Positions 24,882-37,215 of a DNA stretch of 64,000 nucleotides are shown here, in pieces (the first letter of the stretch is position 1; every line of letters starts with the position of its first letter). The position numbers and the translations under genes were made by a program. The DNA lies in the NCBI RefSeq assembly GCF_032191835.1, contig NC_083240.1, positions 17,546,001-17,610,000 on the forward strand, given 5' to 3'. A model generated the notes under the pieces. That model saw only the letters and a program-made list of their open reading frames with translations. It was not told where the DNA came from and did not search any database. Origin of the DNA: Heteronotia binoei. Taxonomy: Eukaryota.

Positions 24882-27162
24882 GGTCCCAAAGTGACCTTTT
24901 CGATGACTGATGAAAACATCACAAGGAAGGTTGGCTTTCATCATAGCCATAACGCTTCTTGAGGATATATGTTAAGCAAAGAAACAAAAGCAGGAGAATA
25001 TTTCTGGGCACAGTGGATGAGAAGTGCAAGATATTCAGGGTGTCCATCTCTGTGGGGTTCAAAGTGGTTCTGACCTCATCCACAAAGGCTTTGGATCAGA
25101 GAATGGGATGCCAGCAGTCTGTGTCCTGCGTTGTACAGTTTGGGTGACTTTGGGATTGTGTGCTTCTTACATGCAATAAACTAGCTGATTTTTTTTCCTT
25201 CCCACGTTGCACATCTTGCAGCACAATATAAGCCCAAGTACATTGGGTTGTTTCTTTGTGATTTTGTTCCAGGGTGCCAAGAGAGAAGAAGTTAACATTG
25301 AATGAAATGAGAGACTAGAAATCCTTCATTTTCAGTATTGGTTTAGTTTATTCTTAATAAAATAATCCATGAAACTGGAATAGGGAATCCTTTATTGGAT
25401 TTATGTATTCATTTCATTTATAGGCCTCCTTATACCCCCCCCCCCCACCTCAGTGGGGTCCTAAAGCAGCTTACATTGTTCTCCTCTGCTCCATTTTATC
25501 CTCATAGTAGGTTAGGCTTTGAGGGTATGATGGGCCCACATTCACTCACCCAGAAGAATTCCATGGCAGTGGGGATTCAAGCCTAGACGCCTGTTAGTCC
25601 AGCCACTATACAACACTATCTCTCCTTGAGCCTATAGGAACACTCAAATAGAATGTTTACCTGGGCATTTTCTGGCAAGAATCCAGCTTTGCTGTAGGTG
25701 ACCTCTGAGAAATGAAATTGCCCATAGAATTCCAAAGAAATGGCTTTGTTAGTCTGCTTTAGCCAAAGTAGCAGGACCTTGTAGCACCTTAAAACCAGCA
25801 GTGTAATGATTAGCGTACTGGAGTACTGGATTCAAATCACTCTGCTATGGAAGCATGCCTAATCACGGTGGGCTAGTCTCTCTCTAAACTTAACCCATCT
25901 CCCAGGATAGTTGTTGCAACGATGTAATGGAGAACAGTGTTATTAGCCGCATTGGGTCTTCAGTGGGGTCGAAATATCTAAATTAATTAGTGATTATCCA
26001 GAATATGTTCTAGCTGTTGACACAAGAAGCAGAAAGGAGAGGAAAACAATAGTTGCTACAGTTTTGCTTTAAAAATGAAGTCAATTGAACCCAGCCTGTA
26101 ACTTGCTGAATTAAGCGACAGTTGATGTCTGTGCAGCATCAAAGCAGCCATCAGTCTAGCAGCCATCCCTCCCATGTCAAATCGGCAGGAGCATAAAATA
26201 TTCTGAAAACGAAAGGGAATCAGGGAGGCAGAAACAGGATTTCGCACTGTTATCCCAGGATCTTGAGAGATCTGTATTTTCCTCCATTGTTGCAGTACTT
26301 TGAGATTAATTTCCCCTTATCTGGTCACATAGCTGGAGCAACCTCAAAAAAAAAATCTCCCTGGCTCAGTTTCTTCCAATGCAAAACAGATTGTGCAGCC
26401 CAGAATAATTGCAATTAAGTGTCTTCATCCAGTTCTGCCTAAAGAAGACTTGTATTAACTGTGCAATGAAAATAGTTCACACAGTACAAATAAGTTTATT
26501 GAAATATGCCTCGTCTCCATGATGTCTCACACTATGACAGTTTTTGTAGTTGTAATATGTAGTCTATATTGCTCCTTTTGGTGTTTTGATTTCTCTATAC
26601 TCTATACAAGAACCTAGTAGCTATTACAGTAAGTATATAAAGCCTTGTTAGTGTGGAATTGTGCTCCCCTTATCTTAGGCTTGCACTGTGTGCTTGTTAC
26701 CTTTGGATCCACATATCAAAGTGGCAGTGATGGCCAGACTTGCTATTTTTCCCCTCAGTACAGACTGGTTTGCTAGCTCTGCCCTTTCTCAACTGAAGGA
26801 TCTGGCCATTGTTCTCATGCCTTGGTGACATACAAATTCCCTTGTGTAATGTAGCCTCCATAAGGTTGCCTTTAAAAGTGCCTTGAAACTGCAGCTGCAC
26901 AGAGTGCAGCCGCCTGTATGTTAACAAGGACATGCTGTTTGAGCATATAACTCTGATTTTGTGACAACTTGACTAACTCCCAAGTTAGGTTAGGGGTCCA
27001 CTTCAAAGAAAACCCTATATAGGACCAGTGGTGCAATCCTAAATGGAGCTGCACCCTTCTTAGTTCATTGAGTCTGCTTAGGCTTGCATTGCAGAATATT
27101 TTAAAGGCCACCCTATTATCAGCTTATGGGTCAAGGGCATTTTTTGAGACTGTGCTTTGTAT

Positions 27163-27345
27163 TCAGTGACTCAGGGGTAAAACACATGTGTTGCATGCAG
27201 AAGATGCCAGGTTCAATCCCAGGCATCCCCAGGTGTTGGGAAAGACCTTTGTCTGCCCAAGGTTCTGCAAAGCTGCCATCAAGCAAAGTAGAGAATACAG
27301 ACCTAGATAGGTTAGTGGTGTAGCATGGAATAAGGCAGCCTTGTA
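27163..27345 (+). mobile_element. tRNA-derived SINE, diverged
   Basis: gcatgcagaagatgccaggttcaatcccaggcatc...taaggcagcc; same family as 24686. Confidence 0.65.
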
Positions 27346-27353
27346 GGGTCATG

Positions 27354-27606
27354 AAAAGGTAAAGGTGCAAGCTCCGAGTCATTACCAACCCATGGGGTGA
27401 TGTGACATCACAATGTTTTCATGGCAGACTTTTTATGGGGTGGTGTGCCATTGCCTTCCCCAGTCATCTACACTTTACCTCCAGCAAGCTGGGTATTCAT
27501 TTTATCGACCTCGGCAGGATGGAAGGCTGAATCAACCTTGAACTCAGGTCATGAACAGAGCTTGGACTGCAGTACTTCAGCTTACCACTCTGTGTCACAG
27601 GGCTCC
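27354..27606 (-). mobile_element. Sauria-type SINE
   Basis: Reverse complement of the 4567 and 51182 copies (aaaggtaaaggt tail, ccattgccttcccc, ggctgaatcaaccttg). Confidence 0.8.
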
Positions 27607-28639
27607 CTCTGTAGGCTCATACAAGGTGGGGGGGGGGGGGAGAAACCCTGCATGGACTTGCTGGGAGGTGGTTTCATTTTCCCCACATTACCTGTTTCTC
27701 TCCCCCTGGTATCCCCCATGTTCTCTCCTCTTCGCCTGCTTCCTTCTCTCCTTCCCACTCTCCAACCTTTCTTTCCCCACCGCAGTCCTCAGCTTTATTT
27801 ATTTATTTCCAGCACATCTTTTCTCCCCAAGGGGGAGCCAAAACAGCTTATGTCATTCTTTTCCATTTTATCTTCACAACAACCCTTTGAGGTAGATTAG
27901 ACTGAGAGAGTGGCCCAAGGTCACCCAGCAAGCTTCTTTGCCTGAGTGGGGATTTGAACTCAGATCTCCTAGACTTACACCCTAACCACTACACCACACT
28001 GATTGTAAGCTTCCCTGGCAGCCTCTCTCTGGGAAGAGTCTGGTCAGATTTCAGAAGTCATGCAGTACTAAGTTGTTGAGGTGAGTTCTGTTGTGGCTTC
28101 TGCTGGGCCCAGACAAGTTTCACCAATTTTTGTGGAGGGAGTCGCTGGACCCAAACAAGGTGTGCGGCATCAAGTTGTAGCCACTGCTGCAATTAGGTGA
28201 GTTGTGGAAATTGCATGGAAGCAAGTTGTTTCGTGGTGGTTGTTGGGCGTGGACCTAATAAGTCCTTCCTCCATGGCATGAAGGAGAGGAGCAGAGGTGG
28301 GCTAGAAGGCCAGAAGAGCCCTGGAATAGGCCCTCCCCTTTTATTTACAAAAACCAAGGTTTAAAGGCAAGCAATATTGTTGTGATTTCCTAGTAACATT
28401 CCACAATGGCCAATGAGATCTCAGAGGGCATTCATGTTAAGGTACAAACATTGCTTCTGTTATTTGTCATTAACCCTCAGTGGGTTTTTGTGCATGTTTT
28501 TAAAATGTAAGAGTTATCTGCAAACTTGAGGTTTTTTACAGGTTCATAGGAAGTTCTGCTTTATATATTCCTGGCTCCAATCTCTGTATTTCAGTGTTCG
28601 CCAATGGGGCAGTGTTGAGAATCAGATGATGTTTCCATT

Positions 28640-28917
28640 CCAGTTTGGTGTAGTGGTTAAGTGTGCGGACTCTTATCTGGGAGAACCGGGTTTGATTCCC
28701 CACTCCTCGACTTGCACCTGCTAGCATGGCCTTGGGTCAGCCATAGCCCTGGCAGAGGTTGTCCTTGAAAGGGCAGCTGCTGGGAGAGCCCTCTCCAGCC
28801 CCACCCACCTCACAGGGTGTCTGTTGTGGGGGTGGAAGGTAAAGGAGATTGTGAGCCACTCTGAGACTCTTCGGAGTGGAGGGCGGGATATAAATCCAAT
28901 ATCATCATCATCTTCTT
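28640..28917 (+). mobile_element. Full-length Squam3/MIR-like SINE
   Basis: cagtttggtgtagtggttaag (A box), gggtttgattcccc (B box), body as at 1-176, (atc)n/tcttc tail. Confidence 0.85.
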
Positions 28918-30117
28918 TCAGAGGCATGAGGCTGGGCTTTTTTGATTATGACATCAAGACTGAAATTCCATTTCCAGATAATTTTGTTTTGCATCATCCT
29001 TGTTGACTGTCAGATGGGAAAATGGTTCCTTTTCAGGGGACTTTTAAGGCATAAGACATTGGATATATGGGTTGGGGGGACATTTCTGGTTCTGCGAGTT
29101 GCTGCTTGTTCTGTAATATTGTCTGCTCCTTTAATCTGTCTGAATTGCTTGAAGTACCCATTGTGAGTATTTGCCAGTAACCACTTTCCTAAAGCAAGAG
29201 ACTGATGCATAGGTCAGGCATTCAGTAATAGAGACTTAATTAGTGTAGGAAGGTTAACATTTGTAAAGAAGGATATCCTTGCCAGAAACTACTTACAGTT
29301 TCTAAGTTGCTTCTTGGTTTCAGGTGTTCTGATCCATTTCAGATCTTTATTTAATGAAAAGGTAAAACGGGGTATAGTTTGCCTTTTGTTTTTTTATTCA
29401 TGAACAGAGGCAAATTTACTCAAGATGGAGTTCTGCATCAAGTGATTCTTCGTTGTCTGTTTCCTTCTGTCTCACCCACCCCTATTTTATTTACGCTTCA
29501 TTACCTGGTTTTAGATCTGAGTTGTAGATCCCACTCCAGAATTCTTCACTCCTGATCTAGTTCAGAAAGAGGTTCAGGTAGCATTTGGAGTCTAGCTTGC
29601 TTCTTCCTGGTCTAATAAGAAAAAATAATGTGACCTGCCCTAGGACCTTGGGGCAGATAGTGCTTTGGGGGTTAAGTCAAATGAGCAAGCAGTCTGCATG
29701 ACACAAAGTTCATTTTTAAAAATGTTAGGGGGTGTTTTTCAGAATATTCAGGGCACTAATGGATTCAAATCTAACTTTTTAATTTATTTAAAGTTACTTA
29801 TTTTCATTGGTTGTTTGTTACAGAAGAAAATCAATGGGTGAATGGCAGTTTTTAAAAAAATAGAGGTACACATGGGAAAATAAGAACAGAAAAATGCTTT
29901 ATATCTTTCATGAGCAAGATGTGCTCAAGAACGACTTAAAATTATTTCAGAGGTGAGCTGGAATAGCAATCTGAGGCAGGGCTTTTGTGGTGGTGGTGAT
30001 GGTGGTGCCTTATTGGTGGAACTCCTGCCCCATATCTGTTCAGCTAGAACTTACCTTGATCTTTAGTGACTGCTGGAAACAGTTCTTAGGCATTTAATGA
30101 CCTCTAATAGGACCTGT

Positions 30118-30541
30118 ACCCTGACCTGAATAACCCAGGCTAGCCCGATCTTGTCAGATCTCAGAAGTAGGATCGGCCCTGGTCAGTGTTTAGATTACAG
30201 CCACCAAGCAAGTCCAGGGGTGCTACACAATGGCAAACCACCTCTGCTGTTCATCTGTTGCCTTGAAAACCCTATGGAGTAGCCATAAGTCATTTGCAAC
30301 TTGATGGCACTTTCCACCACCAATGTTTAATGGCCCTGACCTGGCTGGCCCAAGCTAGCCTGATCTCATCAGATCTCAGAAGCTGAGTAGATGTTGGCCC
30401 TGGTTGGTGTTTGGATGGGAGCCCACCAAGAAAGTCAAGGGTTGTTATGCAGAGGCAGGCAACGGCAAACCACCTGTGAATGTCTCTGGCCTTGAAAACC
30501 TCACAGCGTCACCATAGGTTAGCTGCAACTTGACGGTAAAA
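30118..30541 (+). mobile_element. Two tandem 5S rRNA-derived SINEs (30118-30323, 30333-30541)
   Basis: gcccgatcttgtcagatctcagaag...ggccctggttggtgtttggatgggagcccacc resembles the 5S internal control region; RTE/BovB-like tail ggcaaaccacc...ccttgaaaacc. Confidence 0.8.
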
Positions 30542-31213
30542 GGGGTGGGAGACCTGCTGATTTTTTTTTTTAAATTCTTCTGTTGTTTTTCAGCATTTTA
30601 CTTTATTTTATTTTAAGGGTAACACTGCCCCCTGAAGACTGTGGCTAGAGGACAGAACAGAAGTATTTTAAATAATTGGTTTTTAAATCTAAACTGTGAG
30701 GGAGAAGGCAAAGCTAGGGGTACTTAATATGCACAAAGAAGTAGCTCTAAGCAAAGAATGAAGGCGTAGAGAACTTTATTTTTTAGGCCATTGTTTCAGA
30801 GTCGACTGTTATGTATCAGACAAAAATATTTTGTATATTCCTGGGTCTTCTATTTAATTCCCCTCTCCTCTAAACCTTTATTTTACCCATCAACCTCTTG
30901 TTGTTAATCTTCTGAAATTACCATTTTTTTTAATGTAATCTTTGGTTTTCTCTACAGTGATTTTGATATCTTGAATGTTGTTGTTATTTGGCTTATTTTC
31001 TGTTATGTCGGTAGTTGCTTTCAGAGCGTTAACTGAGAGCATGGGACAAAAATGTTTTAAATGAAGAAACAATGTGCTCTAAATTGCGATCTCTAAAACG
31101 TGATCTCTCCCACCTGCCCATTTTTCATTTAGTTAAGGTAACTTTTTTTAAAAAAAGGGTAAAGCATTAAAAGTGAATTCCTTTTTGTGTTTTTTTATTT
31201 GTTCTTTGCTCAG

Positions 31214-31321
31214 GGAAGAAAAAATCCCAAGAGGCAAAAAACAAAGGAAAGAAAGCCACAGACAAAAAACAGAAGACTGTTTTGGATATTACTCCTGCAG
31301 ATATGAGAGACCCTAAAGAAG
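31214..31321 (+). CDS. PRDM2: PRDM2 coding exon (exon 7 equivalent), contains the RIZ2-type internal start Met (ATG 31303)
   Basis: tgctcag|GGAAG...GAAG|gtaaga; 108 nt, phase 1-1; (G)KKKSQEAKNKGKKATDKKQKTVLDITPADMRDPKE(G); MRD matches the recalled mammalian RIZ2 start. Confidence 0.93.
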
Positions 31322-31615
31322 GTAAGAATCATTAAACATGTGTTAAGTGTATTTAGTTAAATTCTGCCAAAAGTTAAATAAATGCTCAGATTCTGAGGGG
31401 ACTAAGAAACAGCCCATTGCCAACCGTGGCTATTTTAGTCAGTAAATATAACCCAATAAAATATAGTTTTACCTCTTGCATCTTAAAATGGGGGGGGGGG
31501 GTGTTCTGTAGCAGTGTCCCTATTGTAAGGGGAGGAAAAAGAATCCTGCACATTACATATAAAGAACGTTATATAAATTTATTAATTCTCCTTTTCCTTT
31601 TTTAACCAAAATCAG

Positions 31616-34600
31616 GCCATAAACAGGAAGATGCAAGTCCTTCTGTTTCAGCTGTGCTGTCACTGGAACAGACTGCTGTGATCCAGGAGATGGTGAATCA
31701 AGACACACTTCCAAACTTGGTCATTTCCAGTCCTCTCAATGAGCCCAGTACGATGACAGAAGAGAAACAAGAAGCAATAGTGTGTGAATCAGAAGTTCTG
31801 GAGGAGAGAGAAGAGCCCGAGGAAGCGGAGGGAGAGGAAGATGAAGATGATGAGGTAGAAGAGGCAGAGGAGGAACAGCTGGAAGAGGAGGAGGAGGAGG
31901 AAGAGGAGGAGGAAGATGTAAATTTGCCTAAAGAAATCCCGGAGATGGAGATGGAGACCATGTCTTTGTGTGAAGACAGACTTGACTCTGTGGAAGAGCT
32001 GAGCAGCATATCTGAAGAATCTCCAGAAAGCTCCCCCAAGAAAAAGCCCATGGTGAAATTTCCCAAAGTCCAGGAGGAATCCAATGGGAGTATCCAAGGA
32101 ACATTTATGTACCCTTGTCAACACTGTGAGAGGAAATTCACAACAAAGCAAGGACTTGAACGCCACATGCACATACACATATCAGCCATTAGTCATGCTT
32201 TCAAATGCCGCTATTGTGGCAAAGCCTTTGGCACACAAATCAACCGGCGAAGGCATGAGCGACGTCATGAGGCTGGGCCAAGAAGGAAGTCATTTCCAAC
32301 ACTTGGGTCAGCTTTGCTGTCTGATGGTGGTGCTAAAAGCCAAGTGATTGCAGAAGTTGGTAGTGTAAAAGAGGAAATTAACACCAAGCAAGACTCAACG
32401 TCCTTGGATAATAATGTTTCTCAAGAAACATCAAACTCCGTTCTTCTTGAAGAGATCAGGGAACCCAAAGAAATGCACCCATGCAAATATTGTAGGAAGG
32501 TTTTTGGAACCCATACTAATATGCGTAGGCACCAGCGGAGGGTTCACGAGCGCCATCTGATTCCCAAAGGTGTCCGAAGAAAACCTGAAGAGCCACAAGT
32601 TCCAGCAGAACAAACTCAGCAAGCCCAGAATGTGTATGTAGCCAGCACAGATCTCGAGGAGGAGACAGAGGCTGACGATGTGTACATTATGGATGTTTCC
32701 AGCAATATATCTGAAAATCTCAATTACTATATTGATGGTAAGATCCAGCAGTCCAGCAGTAGCACAAGCAATTGTGAAGTGATTGAGGTGGAATCCAGCT
32801 CAGCAGAACTTTATGGAATAAATTGTTTACTCAGTCCTGTGACAGTGGAAATCTCCTCAAGCGTGAAGGCTACGCAGACCCGTCTGACTGACGTACCAAA
32901 AGAGTCTCCAGTTGGCAGTAACAGTGAGCCTAAAAAGAGGAGAACCACAAGTCCCCCTCTCCTTTCAAAGATAAAGACAGAAATGGATCCAGAGCCAATA
33001 ACGTCGCTCTGCTCACTAACAATTCCTCTTACCATATCAACAGCTGACAGCTTGTCTTTTCCCAAAGAGAAAAGTATTTACTTATCATCAAAGCTGAAGC
33101 AACTTCTCCAGACTCAGGACAGTAGTAAGATAGTTCCATCGCCTCCATCATCATCCTCAACAGAAATCCCCAAGTTGGGACTTCCAGCCGCATCTCCGCC
33201 TCTTCTGCCTACAACTTCAAGCAGGTTCAAAAGGAGAACCAGTTCCCCTCCCAGTTCTCCACAGCACAGTCCATCCCTGCGGGACTATGGCAAAGTGGGT
33301 GAGGGGAAATCCCTTTGGAATGATGCAGTACTAGGATCAAAAATGCCCAAGGTAGAAAGTCATAGTAATTCCCCTGCATGGAGTTTGTCAGGGAGAGATG
33401 AAAAAGAGACCATGAGCCCTCTTTGTTTAGAAGACTATAAAGCATCAAAGGAGTGGACAGCCAGTCCTCCCTTTGGCAACGTGTGCAACCAACAGCCTTT
33501 GGATTTATCCAGCAGCGTCAAGCAAAGATCAAATTCCAAGAACAGGGCCCAGGTTCCTTGGGAGTCAGTGTTAGATCTCAGTGTTCATAAAAAACCTTCC
33601 ACTGATGCTGAACCCAAGGACAGCAAGGAAGTTAACTTGATACAGCCAGCGTGTAGTAGCATTAAGAAAAAGCCGACCACATCCATGTTACAGAAGGTTT
33701 TGCTGAACGAATACAATGGGACTGATTCAGCCTCAGAAAATTTGGTGGCTGAAAAGGATGCAAGCCAGAGCGTAGACAAATCCGTCGAAGATCATCCAGA
33801 GCCTGAGCTTCATGCTGCAGTCCATGTGCCAGCTTCTGAGTTGAGTTCCGATAGCCCTTCCATTGAGAAATCTGTACCTCCAACATCTACTGTTTCTTCT
33901 TGTCAACTTCCTCCTCTCCTGACTCCAACAAATTCTCCTTCCCCACCACCCTGCCCCCCTATGTTAAAGGTTCCCACTCCACCCCCTCCTCTGCTTCCTA
34001 CCGTCCCATCACCACTCGAGGAAGAACATGTTAGTGTCACTCCTAGTTCATGTCCCTCTCCTCTGTCCAATGCTACTGCTCATTCCCCTCTTCCGATCCT
34101 TTCTCCTACCGTCTCGGCATCACCAGTTCCCTCTGTAGAACCTCTTAGCTGTGCTTCACCTGGGCCTCCCAATCTCTCCTCATCATCATCTTCTTCCTCT
34201 TTTTCTTCCTCTTCATCATCCCCTTCTTCTTCCTCTTCCTCCTCCTCTTCTCCTTCCCCTCCTCCCCTCTCTGCAGTTTCTTCAGTCCTTTCCCTTGGTG
34301 ATAACACAGAAAACTCAGTCCCCATCATGTCTTTTAAACAAGAAGACATGGACAACGAGCTTCAAAAGCCCAAGGAAAACCCCCACAGTTCCAATGAAAA
34401 TGATCTCATTCAGGAAACATTTAACAAGAACTTTGTGTGCAATGTCTGTGACTCTCCTTTCCTTTCCATTAAAGATCTAACTAAACATCTCTCCATTCAC
34501 GCTGAGGATTGGCCCTTCAAATGTGAATTCTGCGTACAGCTTTTTAGGGATAAAACAGACTTGTCTGAACATCGCTTCTTGCTCCACGGAGTTGGGAACA

Positions 34601-36059
34601 TTTTTGTTTGCTCTGTCTGCAAGAAGGAGTTTGCCTTTTTATGCAATTTGCAGCAGCACCAGCGAGATCTCCATCCTGACAAAGAATGCACCCACCATGA
34701 ATTTGAAAGTGGGACTCTACGGCCACAGAACTTTACAGACCCTAGTAAGGCCAGTGTTGAACACATGCAGATCCTACTGGATGAATCCACTGAACCAACT
34801 AAGGAGGAGGAGGAAGATGAAGAACTCAATGACTCTTCTGAAGAGCTGTATACCACCATCAAAATTATGGCTGCAGGGGTCAAGTCTAAAGATCCCGATG
34901 TCCGGATGGGACTCAATCAGCACTACCCGAGTTTTAAGCCGCCTCCGTTCCAATATCACCACCGCAATCCTAATGGGATTGGGATAACTGCCACAAACTT
35001 CACCACTCATAATATTCCGCAAACTTTCACCACTGCCATCCGCTGCACAAAGTGTGGAAAAAGCGTGGACAACATGCCTGAATTGCACAAACATATCTTA
35101 GCGTGTGCTTCAGCCAGTGACAAGAAACGATATACACCGAAAAAAAATCCTGTGCCATTAAAACAGACAGTGCGCCCCAAAAATGGGGTTGTCCTTCCGG
35201 GCCCTGCGAGCAATGCTTTCAGGCGCATGGGACAGCCCAAAAAACTCAATTTCACTGTTGAAATGAGCAGGATGTCCTCTAACAAACTTAAAATAAGTGC
35301 ACTGAAGAAGAAGAACCAACTGGTCCAGAAAGCAATATTGCAGAAGAAGAAGTCTCAGCAGAAGGCAGAGCTGAGGAACAGCACGGTAGAGTCCAGCTCT
35401 CACATCTGTCCCTATTGCAACAGAGAATTCACATACATTGGAAGTTTGAACAAGCATGCCTCCTATAGCTGTCCCAAAAAACCCATTTCCCCATCCTCTA
35501 AAAAGAACACTAAAAAGAAGAGTGCAGCTTCCTCTTCCGGCAGCGACAAAAGTGGAAACCAGCGACGACGGACAGCAGATGCTGAGATCAAAATGCAAAG
35601 CACGCAGGCTCACTTGGGCAAGACCAGAGCTCGGAGCACTGGACCCATGCCCATTCAGCTTCCCTCAGCATCCTTCAAATTGAAGCAAAGCGTCAAATTC
35701 ATACCACCAATTCGATCCAAAAAGCTGGGCATGTCCTTGACACCCAGGAATGCCAGCCCTGTGAGAGTGGCCAAAGCAACTCCAACGGAGGGCAAAAGAC
35801 CAAAAGGGATCTCAAAAAACAGTTCCTCTGGACTCTCGAGCAAAGCGGCCCGCAAACTTCATGTCCGAATACAACGGAACAAAGTGGTCCTGGCCAGCAA
35901 GTCGTCATCCAGCAAAAAGAAGGCTGATCGGTTTAGCATGAAGTCGAGAGAGAGGACTGGAGGACCCGTCACCCGGAGCCTGCAACAGGCAACCAGTGCT
36001 GATTCTCCGGAAAGCAAGAAGGAAGAAACTAGCACGAGGCAGGAGTTAAAAGATTTCAG
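31616..36059 (+). CDS. PRDM2: PRDM2 large coding exon (exon 8 equivalent): acidic region, 8 zinc fingers, Pro/Ser-rich region
   Basis: aaatcag|GCCAT...TTCAG|gtatgc; 4444 nt open frame (ORF 31654-36165 in the track overshoots the donor); ends ...RQELKDF. Confidence 0.97.
31882..31914 (+). repeat. Coding (GAR)11 poly-Glu tract in the acidic region
   Basis: gaa gag gag gag gag gag gaa gag gag gag gaa. Confidence 0.95.
32110..32547 (+). other. PRDM2: Zinc fingers 1-3 (C2H2) of PRDM2
   Basis: YPCQHCERKFTTKQGLERHMHIH, FKCRYCGKAFGTQINRRRHERRH, HPCKYCRKVFGTHTNMRRHQRRVH. Confidence 0.95.
33496..33582 (+). other. PRDM2: CtBP-binding motifs PLDLS (33496-33510) and VLDLS (33568-33582)
   Basis: PxDLS-type motifs read directly in the translation. 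Confidence 0.8.
34175..34270 (+). repeat. Coding poly-Ser/Pro low-complexity (TCN) tract
   Basis: LSSSSSSSSFSSSSSSPSSSSSSSSSPSPPPL. Confidence 0.9.
34432..35472 (+). other. PRDM2: Zinc fingers 4-8 of PRDM2 (three C2H2 in tandem, two C2HC)
   Basis: FVCNVC..HLSIH, FKCEFC..HRFLLH, FVCSVC..HQRDLH, IRCTKC..HILAC, HICPYC..HASYSC. Confidence 0.92.
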
Positions 36060-37119
36060 GTATGCTTTTCTACTGATGTTGAAGCGGTTGCTTCTGGCTT
36101 TAAGAATAAGTTGCCAGTCAGAGACTGAGCTTTGTAGCCAGAGATGGTGTCAGGGAACGGGATAGCATGGTTGGGCACACATCAAAGGCCACAACCTGGC
36201 AGAGCGTCCTCTGAGCATCCTCCCAGCTGGCTCAGATGTTCCTTTGCCTTTGAATTGATTCTTTTTTTGGTCTAAAAACGGGTTCAGAGGCAGGTGATTG
36301 TGACACATTTTCTAGAAGAGCTGCAGTGGGAAAGGAAAAAGTAGTTGGGGTGGGGTGGGGGATGTATTGTAGGGGCCTGTAGAAACCTGCAGATTGCCCT
36401 GTTTGCAGGAAACAGCTGTATTAAGAAACAGACCAGCTGCCAATTCCCTTTGCAGCCTCTAAAGTTCGGATGATTTAGAAATACTGCCCCCCCCCCCCAA
36501 AAGCAGGTGAGCTCAGGACAACACGTAAGAGCCTTTTGGGAACAGAACTTGAGTCAGACTTTATAGAGGGGTGCCTGGCTACTTCATCGCCTCCATTCGA
36601 TGTCTTCACTCATTGCTGTTCAAAGCAGGACGGGTGAATTGCTCAGCCACTTCTTCCTCTCAGCTCTTCCACTGCAGGTGCCTTTAGAATTCACACACAG
36701 GGTGGTGGGCGCCACTATAAAATGGCCGTCACATTAGGCAGAGCCAATCACAACATGTCAAGGAGGGAGATTACCCATAACTCTAATAGCAACATTTTTA
36801 AACATTTCAGGCAGAAGTTCTGCCTAACAAGATGCCTTTTTGAATGAACCCATTGTACATTCTTCTTGCTTACGCAAAGTTTACCTTAAGTTACAGAGTG
36901 AACATCCTTGTTACTGTAATGGCAGCTGCTGCTGAAACAATGACTTTTGAATTTGCGCTGACAGTCAGATCTCCAGTGGCCAATCAGAATCCTTGCTGGA
37001 CAGAAAGCCCAACCCACATTCTAAAAACATTGGGCAAGCGACAGGAAAGGGATCTATGGGTGACATGGCACCTCCATGGGCATCATATTGGAGACCCCTG
37101 CCCGAGTCCTTGTTCTTAG

Positions 37120-37215
37120 GGGAGGGAACCAAAGCAGAAGTCCAGATGCACCTGAAAGATTAAGATCATTTATTCCAGCATGAGCTTTCATGAGTCAGCT
37201 CACTTCCTCAGATGT
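37120..37215 (-). mobile_element. Penelope-like element terminal fragment with hammerhead-like motif
   Basis: caaagcagaagtccagatgcacctgaaag...ttattccagcatgagctttcatgagtcagctcacttcctcagatg resembles recalled squamate Penelope pLTRs. Confidence 0.7.

Noticed and set aside
30140-30450. 5S rRNA-like sequence
   Set aside because: It lacks the 5S 5' end, is diverged and is fused to a LINE-type tail; SINE, not rRNA gene.
30890-31072. Minus-strand peptide (DIKITVEKTKDYIKK..) vaguely like a non-LTR reverse transcriptase N-terminus
   Set aside because: Too short and degenerate to assign without a profile search.
31698-35908. Many 60-154 aa antisense and alternate-frame ORFs over exon 8
   Set aside because: Shadows of a low-complexity, codon-biased coding exon; no recognisable domains.
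36060-36165. ORF-track extension of the 1503-aa ORF (…YAFLLMLKRLLL…QGTG*)
   Set aside because: It is read-through past a canonical donor (AG|gtatgc) into intron; there is no evidence for intron retention.
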